DNA of 58,159 bases, counting the filler, from Sphacelaria rigidula (lineage: Eukaryota), in assembly GCA_964200075.2 (NCBI GenBank). It is 5 parts of 5 records of this genome, joined end to end, with 100 filler letters (N's around TTAATTAATTAA, not from the genome) between each part and the next. Parts side by side here need not be neighbours in the genome. Positions count along the whole stretch, not along the records: positions 46,609 to 58,159 come from CAXNAA020004799.1; 4 more parts are not named here. One strand, given 5' to 3'. Made by a program: the position numbers and the translations under genes. Positions within the stretch are counted from its first letter, which is position 1, and each line of letters opens with the position of its first letter. Shown here piece after piece: positions 47,113 to 58,159 of this stretch. Under the pieces are notes generated by a model, which ran no database searches, was not told the DNA's origin, and saw only the letters and a list, made by a program, of their open reading frames with translations.

Positions 47113-50100
47113 CCCCTCCCTCGCAAGCAGGCGTCCACCACTCTTCATGAGGAGGCCACGATTCTCCATCGCACGCGTAGTAAGCCGAAACGGCGGAGAA
47201 AAACCCATCGGCCAGGTGACGAGGCACCAGAGCAAAGGGATCCGCGACGGGCCTGATGACAACACCACGTTAAAAACGGGAACATAACCTGTAGGAGGAA
47301 CCACTATTGTGGTATGATTGTTTCTCTGTGTCCCGCGCTATTCCGAACTACCGCGAGCGGTGCAGCATACGTTGGAAACATTGCCGTGTGCCGTCACTTG
47401 AGACCCTGCATTATTGGTCGCAATGGTAATTTCTCCCGCGCAACCACCATGGACCTATCAGCGTAGCTCGTGAGAGTTCCGTAACAGCACCATGGGCTAT
47501 TTCACGTTACTTCTCTGAGGGTATCGTGGCACCTAACATGTTGGGAAAACCCGCGACATATTCACCGTGAGATCATTTAACTGGAAAACCTACGTATATG
47601 AACCCTTTATTGCAATACTATCATCGCTGTTGTCCGCTGATTTGACGGAAACCATAACCGTCGCTCTCGCGTGCGTGTATCTGGGGTCCCGTGCTCGTAG
47701 GCAGTGCCTATACACACCCGCAAGCTCCACTATAACGTATGCCCAAACCCATACCCCACAGCTGGCCCTGACCCTAGACCAACACCAATGACCCCAATAG
47801 TGTGCGTCGGTAGGGTGTTCTCATGGGCTATGCGTCAAGATCATGGTACTGTGGTGCTATGGGAGCGATACTTCCTCCCCCATGGCGACGTTACACCGTG
47901 GCAGTATCATGGATACGTCGAGGTTGCACAACATTGACACTATGATGGGACGAATAGCGCATGAAATTGTCATGGAAGCATTATGCCACTTTCATGGAAC
48001 TGTCATGGAGTTATCGTAGCACAATGCATTCACGGCACCGTCGCGACAGGGTCGTGCTTCCTCATGAGGGCAAGCTGGGCAAGCTTTGGCACTACTACGG
48101 TACCAGCTTAGCACCCTTTACAGTATACTGACGAATGTACCTTGCATCGTCCTGGTAGTATCTACCATCGCGACTATCGACAACACACTTGCCCACTCCC
48201 CCCCTCACCACAAGTGGGACCCGAGCCAAACGACGGTTGCAGGGAACGCGCTTAACGATGGAAGAGGGTGGAGCCAAGCAAGATCGAACCGCGTCCTCAC
48301 TATCCAGTCGTACCGAAACCCTGAGTCCAGGGAGAAAGAAACACGTAGATGTCTGAGGATGGGCGTCGGAGGTGGGCTTTGGTATTACTAACTCTGGCCG
48401 ACGGGAAACCCTATCAATAATCAGCAGTGTCCAGCGTGTGCATCAATGCCTACGGTAGCACCCGTGCATGGAGCGGAAGATGCGTAATACGGGCGCTGAC
48501 CGCATGGCGGAAGCGTGGGTGTCGTCAAGAAACACGATCGCCAAGGGTTGGAAGACCGTTAGAAGTGATAGCTAGAAGTGATAGCTCAGCAAAACATTAT
48601 TTTTCGTCAGGGACAGGCGGTGTGTTCTCATCGAGCTCAACAATGTCCTAGTCCACACCCTGCCTAACCTTTGCCAACTTGCGGCAGCACCCCATTCGTT
48701 GAACGTTTGACCACGCAAAAGTATGGCAAATAGTTTTGAACCGGCGATGAGGTTATTTCCCTCGATATTACCCCTGTCCGTTTGCTCCCCAAACATAGTG
48801 GCAGCTCAACCCGCGAAAGACACGCGCGCCTTGAATTCACTCGCCTTCTTCCGTCTCCCTTCGTTCAGCCATGCGGAAGGCCGCAAGAGATTTGTACAGC
48901 TGCCAATATAACCCATCCGTTTTTTCTTGCCCCCAAGGGTCTTCGCCGTTGCAAACCTCTCGTTCGTGTATTTGTCCTCGATTTTTGTGTCCATGATATG
49001 CATCGTATCTGAGAGCTGTTTGCTGAGGACAACTGTTAGGGATAATGCCGGCCTGTTCGTGGTGCCACTGAAGCTCGAAACGTTTGCCTGCTGCTGTTCT
49101 TCCCCCTACATCTTTTTCGGGGGGGTGGTGCTTCCTAGGCTTGTTGTTTTTGTTGTCGAACTGACTGCATCCCTCTCCTCGTTCCCCTTCTCTGCCTCCT
49201 TTTTCTTCTGGCGTAAGTTGGAATATCTTGAACGCAGCCTGAACTTCTGCCATGCTCGGCGTGAAGTTCTTGTTGAGCTCCTGTGCGTAAAACGCCAAAC
49301 AAAATAAGACAAGGCCTAGGTTGTCTCCAGCAAGTCTCGACATATGAATGTGTGTAGTACTGTGCACCTAGCGGAGCATGTATACCTGTACACCTAATGA
49401 TGAGCCAACAAGTCGGACACGCACTCTGGACACCATGCAAGCTTATAAGGCGCTTTTGTCCCTTCCCAAATGCACCATGGCTCGAAGTTCAGCGTAACCG
49501 TTTCTCCATGTCCAACGTATACCGGTAAGTCGAGCAACTGCCCAGCGGATCTGCCCTAAAAATGACGCAAATGTTGCCACACACGGCTGATTTTGATGGT
49601 ATTAGAGGGCAAACCCTCCGTGTACAGCCGTGATTATTGCGCTCCACCTACACGTGAAAAGGGACGGAGTACCTGTTGCTCTTCGCTTCAGCCCATGAGT
49701 ATTCACTTCTCTCAGTGTATGCCCGATACCTCAGGGTAATTGCGACTTATCGTGCGAGCCGTTGCTCTTCGCTTCAGCCCATGAATTTTCACTTCTCTCA
49801 GTGTATGCCCGATACCTCAGGATAATTGCCTGGGAGCTATGTAATATGATCTATCAGCCTGCGCAGAATTACGGTTTTCTCACGGCTTGCTCGCTGCGCA
49901 TGAATCGCGGTTCGCAAGGAGCTTCAAATTGTCAAGGGTATTCGAAGGCTAGGATTGATTATACCCAGTCCTCCCCTGCTCGCCGCGTGAAGATTCAGGT
50001 GTCACGCACCCTTACCCTTATGAAACCCCAGGCTAAAACCAAGTAGCTGGTAGCTTCATATCGAACCCAAGTTTTCATTTACTCCACGGTGAGATCACGT

Positions 50101-51500
50101 AGAGCTTTGGTCTAGTTGTGGTGTCGGGGGAAACCATCTGGAATACGGATGTTCACCTGGCACATCCTCAATCCAGTTGTACGTCTATCTGGGATGTCCA
50201 TCCGGAATGTCGAGTCTACTGCATCTGGAACACTCATCATGGATGTTGCCGTTCAAGTAGGACATCTCTCTGAGGTGGGGGTATTTATCTGCGATGCCTA
50301 CCAAGACATGTCTTATGTCAGGGTTTCGCAAGAACAACAACCCTATCCAAACACTAGCTAGTCCCCGGGTTCCATTTCCCCCATGATTGGTCCTGGTCGG
50401 GGGGGGGGGTTGCCTAAGAGACACAGAAGAGCACACCGAGGTCTCGGTACACCCAGTGCGAATGTGCTAGGCAATAACAAGCACAAAAACCGCTGTATAG
50501 TAGCAGTGTTGATTACAGAGACAAAAACCTCATGCACGAAACGGGGAGTTTGATTCATGGGGTAAATAGCTTGGGCGGGCACCGGGATCAAATATGTTGA
50601 GGTGCCTCAATAACCAACCCCTAACCCGTACTGATGTCTAACATAGACCTTAACATCTGAGGTCTATATGGCAGGAGGATGTCCGAGATAGACATCTTCT
50701 GTGTCCTAGGTTGTTGTCCATCTAAGACAGCCAAGGTTCAGATGAACATACATATGGATCTGACATCCTAGTTGGAAATTCCAGAACGTCATCCCGAACG
50801 GATACCCGTATTCCGGGGTGAGCACCCATCTGGGATATCCCAGGTTCAGCTACGATCGATGCTCCTGGCACCCTCGAGGTGTGCGCATAATATGATGTCT
50901 CGACTGTGTATCGGAATGGACGTAGTAGGCACCATGCGGATGGTAACGTACATGCCGCCTCGGTAGCAGCTTCAAATATCGACCGTATCCAAAAACACCC
51001 GTAACATCAACAACACAATGCCAGAAAAGTAAGGGTTTCGCTACTGCATACAAGTATGTCTTGCATGACCTTGAAACCATTACAGTTGACGTCAGTGCTT
51101 TGCCTGCATGTACCTGCTTGGAGCGCGGGACGGTATCAACGAGCGTGGCGTAGGCGAAGATATCGACATCGCAGCCTTCATCTTCGATGCTTTGTATGAG
51201 ATTTCGCCTAATGGACCTGTGCACGACTGGATATACGAAGGATCGGACATGTCCCGAGAAGCACACAGCAACTCGACACGCAATACCATTGTCCCGACCC
51301 CCGCTGGCCGTTGAATATGTGGGCCAGTCTGTACCATCTGCTGCACCAGACGCTACCCAACTTCCCACGCCGTCCCTGTCCTCGTTGCTCCTGACATCGA
51401 GCGCAGCGCCCTGTAGAATGAGGAGCAGCAGTTGTGTAACTCTGCCAGGTAATGGCAAGATGAATGCCTCCATTGCTTCCCGGGGCTTCGTTCTGCTCAT
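47113..51500 (-). CDS. Putative glycosyltransferase-like protein (3' end unresolved at gap)
   Basis: Phase-compatible exons 51114-51500, 48845-49280 (GC donor), 48209-48320, 47113-47252. Motifs RVAVCFSGHVRSF, YDWIVRTRFD and VADPFALVPR, plus an N-terminal hydrophobic stretch. This motif order resembles a GT-A-like family seen in algae and large DNA viruses (inference). Confidence 0.7.
49675..49829. repeat. Local direct duplication (~69-bp unit, 86-bp period), intronic
   Basis: GTTGCTCTTCGCTTCAGCCCATGA...GCCCGATACCTCAGG at 49675 and 49761. Confidence 0.9.
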
Positions 51501-51984
51501 CACTTGATTTTCAGAGGGGTGGAGTATGACACTGATCCGTGGCGGAAAGATATGCCCGGTGGACTACGACATATGTATGTATACGATTTATCAGATCCAC
51601 GATCAATAGTTGAAGTTCCCATGACGACTGCACATAGGTACTATAACTGTCAAGAACAGAAACGGAAAACACACCGCTTTCATGAAAGCAAGCGACTACA
51701 AAACGCAAATCGAGGAGCGTGGGTCTCAGGCCGGAAGCATGACTCAACGGGCACGTGGACCATATATTTTGTCCACATGGTCATGCAACGGTATGGGTGC
51801 ACAAAGCACGTTTGCATCCAAAAAACGAACGACTTATTATGGAAAAAACATGAGAGCTTGCCACGAATAGCACTTCAATGAGCTATGGATATCTCAATTA
51901 GATTGTGTATATGGAAATATTCTTACCCGTCTCCGTGTGTGGCTCCTAACTTTGGGAGTCCCTATATGAGAGATATCTGGGCCC

Positions 51985-52278
51985 AACTGCCTTGACCCGG
52001 CGGTGTAATGGTCCGACTGTAGCCATCAGAGTAGAGGGAAAGAGGGTTCGATTCCCGATGCGTCGGTCTTTTTCTTCGTAATATCTTCTCTCCACAAGTT
52101 TCTCAGACAAAGTAGTCGACTGAGTTTGTTTGGCGTGAGTTGACGCGGTGCCGGAGTGCTGACCCAATCCGCGAGACCAAAGTGTAGGACATGTAAAGGG
52201 GACAGACGAGTTCATGCCCTGAGACCACGGACTCGTCCCGAGGAAGGGGAGGGTTTCAAAGTGCCACAAAAAAAAAAA
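51985..52278 (+). mobile_element. tRNA-derived SINE (family S1), copy 3 with A tail
   Basis: GGCGGTGTAATGGT (A box), GGTTCGATTCCC (B box), shared body, terminal poly-A at 52268-52278. Confidence 0.8.
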
Positions 52279-53879
52279 TGAAAGTAAAAAAATGTGCAAC
52301 CCCTATACCGTGGGATAACTCTGAAATGTGTCGCTTTCGAGAAATTCTTCACGTGACCTGCGTATTCATGAAATCACAAAACGACACGTACCGGCATCAC
52401 CTGCCGCAAAGTGTTACACACGGGACAGGATATTGTCATGCTACGACATGGTGCCGCCACAAGGCACATACCATTTTCCTTCACACAATACTGGTTCAAG
52501 TAGGTTGGAGGCTCAGTGCGTTGCTGACACGAAGAAAAACTTGTCGACGCCCCAATATTGAGCGGCTGCAGTTGATGTACACTCTGAGACCATGGGTAAA
52601 AAAAGCAAGGTACTTACTCGTAACTAGGTTCCGGCCACCTGCAGGTTACTTGTGATCTGGTCATGTCAGACGTCAAAATTCAGATGGCGTGGTATTGCCA
52701 TCACGTGATTCTTCATTTTACAGACATCCTTTTCGGGGTTCAAGTAACGTTTGAACGCCATGCGATGAGCGTGCGGTAGCTCAATTGGTGTATTGCCGTC
52801 ACTTGATTTTTCATTTTTCAGAGACGCGTTTCGGGGCTCAAGTAAAAGTTGATGCCACAAGATGAGGTGCGGCACATCATTTTAGACGCACCCACCCCAA
52901 CACATGGTTGACAAAATTTAAAATCTTCCACACTAACCTTGATGCACTTAACGGGGGGAAATACTCGCGACATATGCTGTATCCTGCGATAATAACGAGA
53001 AAAGCAGATTCTACTCGAAGCACCGTAAAGCGCAAATCATTTTTTGCATACCGAGTACTATGGTACAGCAGTATCAAACTAGAAAAATCGTGACAACTCG
53101 TGCAATGTTTCCACATATTTTTTAAGACGGCTCGACGAGACCGTGTTATTAGGTATCCATGGCAACCATCGTGCTTCCTAGACGCCCCGCCCCCACCCCG
53201 TCCCCGCCCCCTTAAATCATGATCTCTCACCCCTCCCTCCTTATTTCACCAACTTCCCCCCCCCCCCACGTTGGTCATCAACGTCCACCAATAAATAGCA
53301 CATAGTAACGCCAGGGCTTTTTTCAACACCCTCTAACCCCCCAAACCGCAGATGACACAAAACTTCAGAAAAGCTAGTCTGCACGGCGGTACAAGCAGCT
53401 GTACTGTAACGGCCGTGCACCGTGCTGCCACCAGAGTTCGAAACTGTTGTGATATACAGTAACTCGAACCCCTCCCGAAAACGAGTCAGAACGCCGAGGC
53501 ATGGACAGTAGAATACCGAGGTACGGATGGTGGAGGGGTAGTAATCACAGCACTCGAAATCCACGCGTTTAACGCTACACGCAGAGAGCTTCACTTACAA
53601 GGTGCGAAGCATCCCACAACACCAATTGCCCCACGGCGGGCTCCTGAACAAAAATCCAAGTAAGCGTCAAGGGGATCACTTAATGAAGGTCAGTGACCCT
53701 TTTTTCGGACAAAGTGAAATCTCTATATGCAGTACTTGAGTCCCATCTCCAGTGACGATTTCAAAGCGTAAAATTTCGTGAAAGCCACGAGAAATCCAAC
53801 GGCCACAAAAAAAACTCTCCTGGTAAAATTGTTTCTGGAGACCTTCGGGGGCTGGTCCCCTCGACTGTATCCTCAACGC

Positions 53880-56800
53880 TCACAGCACTCCCGGCAAGAT
53901 CTTGTACGGCACCCTCGCGCAGTACTGCTCGGGAAACACAGGAAGAGGATCAGCGTGGTCAAATCGAGAGAACCGCCAGGGGAATAAGCAGACAAGACCA
54001 CCCAGACACACACTCAGCGACAGCGGTGGGGAAAATAAAGTCAGACAGAGACACAGATCAGAGAGATCAGAGAAAGGGCAGAGGCGAGAGACGAGCGGCA
54101 TCAAGCCGTCAATTATGGCGCCGACCAACTGCCGAGACGTCGTCGGGTATCCGGATGTGTACACCTTGTAGGGCTGGGTATCGATGACGACATTATGGAC
54201 ATGTCGAACCGATATCGCTAGTTTGCGGGCGCCGGTCACACGAGACGGGCGTCACCGCATGATTTCTATTTTGATTGTCGCACTTCAACTAGCATGAATA
54301 ATGCCAGAAGCATAATCGGGCTTTGGGTCCTCATCTGGGATCGCATGGAGAATACAACGATATTTTCCAGACCGAATTCAACCGATACCCGGGTATACAC
54401 TTCAGTTCACATCTAGCGCACAGGACAGCCTGCCTCCTTCCGCCTATACTCTTCCCGCCAACTAAAGCACTACTGTTGAGTGCCGCACAGTACAACCAAA
54501 AATTGAAAGCAAAAGTAATAACAAAAAACAGAACGCCAAGTCTTTTTTCTCTCCCTCTCTTCAGACAACGAAACGAGTATCATGCAACGGGCAGAATGAT
54601 CAGACTCGCGCATCAAGCCTCTGGCACGGATGCCCAAGGAGCAAGCCAAGCATGCCGCCCATTTTTTCGTCCCGTGTCGTTGAGGGATAAATGGACACGT
54701 ACCTTGTCCCAGTGCTTGCCGTATTTGGCCCTGCAGCGTGTGTCGTCTCTGAAAGCACGGTCCACCAGGAGCAGCACCAGGAACACGGTGTAGAAGTAAG
54801 GAGCAATGGCTGCGCCTGTCGGACGGCGAGCGGAGAAGCGCGCGGGCGAGGGAGGCGGGAGGCTTGGCCGAGGCTTTTTCCATGCACAGACCAGTAAAAT
54901 TTCAACACAGAGAGTAAGGACCGATTGAAATCGCGTCATGGGATCCACGAAGTCAGGTGCGAGGAACAAGTAGTGACAATCTAAACGTGAAATACCGGAT
55001 AGACCTTTCGAGTCAGGAGTCGTGAACCGGAAAACAGCACATCCTGTTCAACAATGGTGCGCTTTGAAGCTACACAGAGGGATTATGCGAAACAGAGCAC
55101 GCAACCAACATCAACACCACCACCACCAACAACAACAACAACAACAAAACACGGAACATGACAAAACAAGACATACAAACAATAAGTACAGGCACACACC
55201 AGCAGGGAGAGTCCAGAAGAACGCGCCCAAGATCTCAGGGAGGTAATGGAAGTGGCGGGAGACGCCCCACCACCCGGTTAACAAAAGTAGACCCTCGCTC
55301 GGTTCGCCGCGAGCGTTGATGTAATTGGCCACGATATACTCCGCTGGCTTGCCCCACACGTTGAGCTTGCCTTTTGCCTTCATTCGGCGAGAAAATCGCG
55401 TACCACACGGGGTTTAGGATATCAGGGGGGGGGGAGCGGGGTGGTATAATTGGCGAGGAGTGTAAAACATAGCCAGTAGCTCCTTGTCAGCAAAATCGGA
55501 CATATCGAGAGTTTCCGCTGAGACCTCGGGGCTCCGAGTTGGAGACGACACGAGCAGCTCAGCACAAGACAAAAAAAACTACTACAGAGGGGCAGGGGGG
55601 AGGGGGGTATTCATAATATTTCATGCCGTAGTCATATATATGGCCATTGACCTCGCATTCCTACAAAGCTGGGACGGAGCACGCCGGGTTATCGCCGGAC
55701 TAGGTTCGCCATCAATCAGCAAGCGCGAAACGCTGTGATGTGTTCAGCGAGTCGCATGAAGAGTGGGTTGCAATGTTCGGCCCGAAGCGTACTGATTATC
55801 TTGCATTGGGATGACAGCCTACAATGAGTTGCTTCATTTTCTGGTGCCACCACTCCCAGAGACAGTCACGGCTCACACACTGCCTCATGGGTGTCACCAT
55901 TTCAACAATACGTAGTATGTTCATCCCCTTTGCGCGGAATTGAGGTTCTCTATGATCTAGCTCGACCACCATCATGGCTACCGCAAAAAAACGCAAGCGC
56001 TCAAAAAAACGGTAACCCGGTTGCCCAGTCTATGCAATGAGTGGCGTGTTTCCCGTCGTCATTGCCAACCGACGCCAAATCCATAAGGGGTCCGTCTCTA
56101 TTATAGAGAGGGGAAATATATACATTTCGCGAGATTCGTAGCGCGTTCTTACTCTGCACTGATTTGCCAACCCAGGTAAAAAAAAAAAAACGCGGTCGGT
56201 CATCACCCGAGGCTAACTCCTGCCCCTCACACAAATGCCAAGTACTCAGCAATCGTGACTGTTCAATGAGCAGAGCGCTCCGACCTCACAAGCGTGTTTG
56301 CTGAGGTCCGTCCGGTGCCTAACGGATGACGAACGGAAAGTTGTGTTTCACTCTCTCCAAATCCCCTTACCTGACGGAAGCTATGACGCTGTCTGTCGGC
56401 GTCGTAATTCGCCCAGATGCACAGAAAGCCCGCAAGAGCAATACCCACGGTCCCGTACAAGCCCAAATCGATGGGGTGCTTCACCAAGTACATTGCAGGC
56501 GACGTGTACACGGCGGGTACCCAAACCTGTGCATGCACACACATATATGTACACATATATACACGTTTTCCAAGGCGTTCATTGGGGAGGGGGGTGGGTA
56601 TCGATATTTCCGTGACATTAGTCCGATCTCTTGAACCCGTGGTCACAGAGTTCAAAGAGCATACCTCACGGGACGGGGTAATGATCAGATGTTGAATGAA
56701 ATGGTAGTTGTTGGTATTTCTTTCCCAACGCTTACAGTAAGCATGACAAGTCCAATACACCAATGTATGTGTACATATGTACACGACACACCGAGGCCGG

Positions 56801-58022
56801 GAGAGATACAAGACGCTGATTGAATGAATGATTCAAGTATTGCTGGGGGGGGAAGGGATAGGAAAAGAGAGAGGGAGAAGGAGAGCGGGGGGTATACCTG
56901 CAGCTGGTCGAATTGCTGCTTCCCCATCCTAGCCTCCCCCATTATTAGACAGAAGCGAAAAAATGATGGTTATACTAGGAGATAGACGGTGGCCATAGAC
57001 GGCGAAACAGGACGGGGGTAAGATATGTAACAGGGTTTTGTGTTATGTATGGAAGAAACGAAATGAGCACCGCAATGTTGAAGGTGTCTCTATTAGGAGT
57101 AGGAACTGCGCCGCGTCTCGAAAGGGGTGCGTGGTCAATGGTCAAACGATTAAGGCAAGCAACAACTGAGTACGCCCCTCCCCCCCCCCCCTGCCTCCCC
57201 TCAAATATCTGAGCGTTTTTTTCTCGTCACGTCACGCAGGAAGAGGTGTGGAGGACTCTCACCAGGCAACCCCAGCAAAGGTAGAAACCAGCACGGTCGT
57301 GCTGGATGTCCATGCTGTTGGTGTAGCCCATCTCCCAGTGAAAGAACTTGGTGATGTAAATTAGCTGTAATCCCACACTCACCTGAATGAGAAAAAAAAT
57401 GAATGAAAAGGAAGACCAGGAAGGAGTCTGGAGATTGACGAGTAATGACAATGGCAGGATGGGACGGGGCAACGCCAGACATGCATGCCTGATTCGTTGT
57501 TGTTTTGAGACGACAGGCAGCTCTGACAGAAAGGATACAGAACGTGCCCCATGCAGTCTTCGTTCACTATCGCTGATTTTAGGTTCTAAAAAAAAGCTGT
57601 TTGGCAATAAGAAAAAAAAAATGGTCCCTGAAAAGTGTTTTGTAGGAAAATCGTTGTTTTTTCTGGAAAGAGGAAAAACAACTCTTGAATATCTACTTGT
57701 GAATGAAGAATGGATCAATAACCGAGAGGGCCCATTTCGTTACTTCGACATCAGAGGGTAAGAGCTCGTCTAAACTCAGAAGGTGTGACAGAACCGTATG
57801 GGAAAATGAAAAGATAAAAATGGAGCTCTTACGCCAAGAATCGAAAACGTTGCGGTAGCTCAAACCTTACTTACTGCCATGCTGGTGGAGACGTGGCCGA
57901 ACATCTCCCGCTGAGCTTGAGCATAGCAAATGATGCCGACCGCCCAGTACATCATCCCGAACCGGCAGTTGGTGAACAGTTTAACATCCACGTCGAACAG
58001 CCGAGGGTATAGTTCGGTTCCC
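53880..58022 (-). CDS. DHCR7: 7-dehydrocholesterol (sterol delta-7) reductase, DWF5-like; 3' six exons, 5' end outside window
   Basis: Exons 57875-58022, 57263-57382, 56371-56526, 55200-55377, 54703-54815, 53880-53924 are phase-compatible. ERG4/ERG24-family motifs (W)GTELYPR, KLFTNCRFGMMYW, KFFHWE..Y..SMDIQHDRAGFYLCWGCLVWVP, GWWGVSRHFHY, RDD.RC..KYG..W..YC.RVPYKILPG. Confidence 0.93.
55635..56020. repeat. Dispersed repeat family B, copy in DHCR7 intron
   Basis: Longest copy, homologous to 1800-2140. Confidence 0.8.
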
Positions 58023-58159
58023 CTTGTGTGACAAACCACACAGAACAATGGGACGCCAGACGGAATCCGGGCGGGGGGAGGCGGGAGCGGGGCGGGGGGG
58101 CGGGGGGGCGTTCTCGTGTGTTGCTTGCCTTAGTCGTCTGACCGTTGACCACCCATCCC

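Overview
Eukaryotic, intron-rich and transposon-dense genomic DNA, most likely from a brown alga (Phaeophyceae). That assignment is an inference from the EsV-1-7 repeat protein and the short-exon/long-intron layout. Four 100-nt N-spacers carrying a TTAATTAATTAA linker are assembly gaps. The left ~23 kb is mostly decayed mobile DNA: a heavily decayed Helitron Rep/helicase (minus), a possible Copia RNase H remnant, a ~4.4-kb disrupted Gag-like ORF with a CCHC knuckle, and clustered MITEs. Within it lies one intact, intronless gene encoding ten 38-aa EsV-1-7 (C-x4-C-x16-C-x2-H) repeats. These repeats have localised variable residues and 3-unit higher-order periodicity, and are followed by a tail with NLS-like and SUMO-consensus motifs; this is the best candidate for an under-described system. 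The right ~33 kb holds four spliced host genes reconstructed by hand: an unknown coiled-coil protein (minus), a class-I glutamine-amidotransferase-like protein lacking the catalytic Cys (plus), a putative glycosyltransferase-like protein with a GC-AG intron (minus), and the 3' part of sterol delta-7 reductase DHCR7/DWF5 (minus). Their introns and flanks carry foldback MITEs, a piggyBac-type MITE and tRNA-derived SINEs. All calls come from reading the sequence; no database searches were run.
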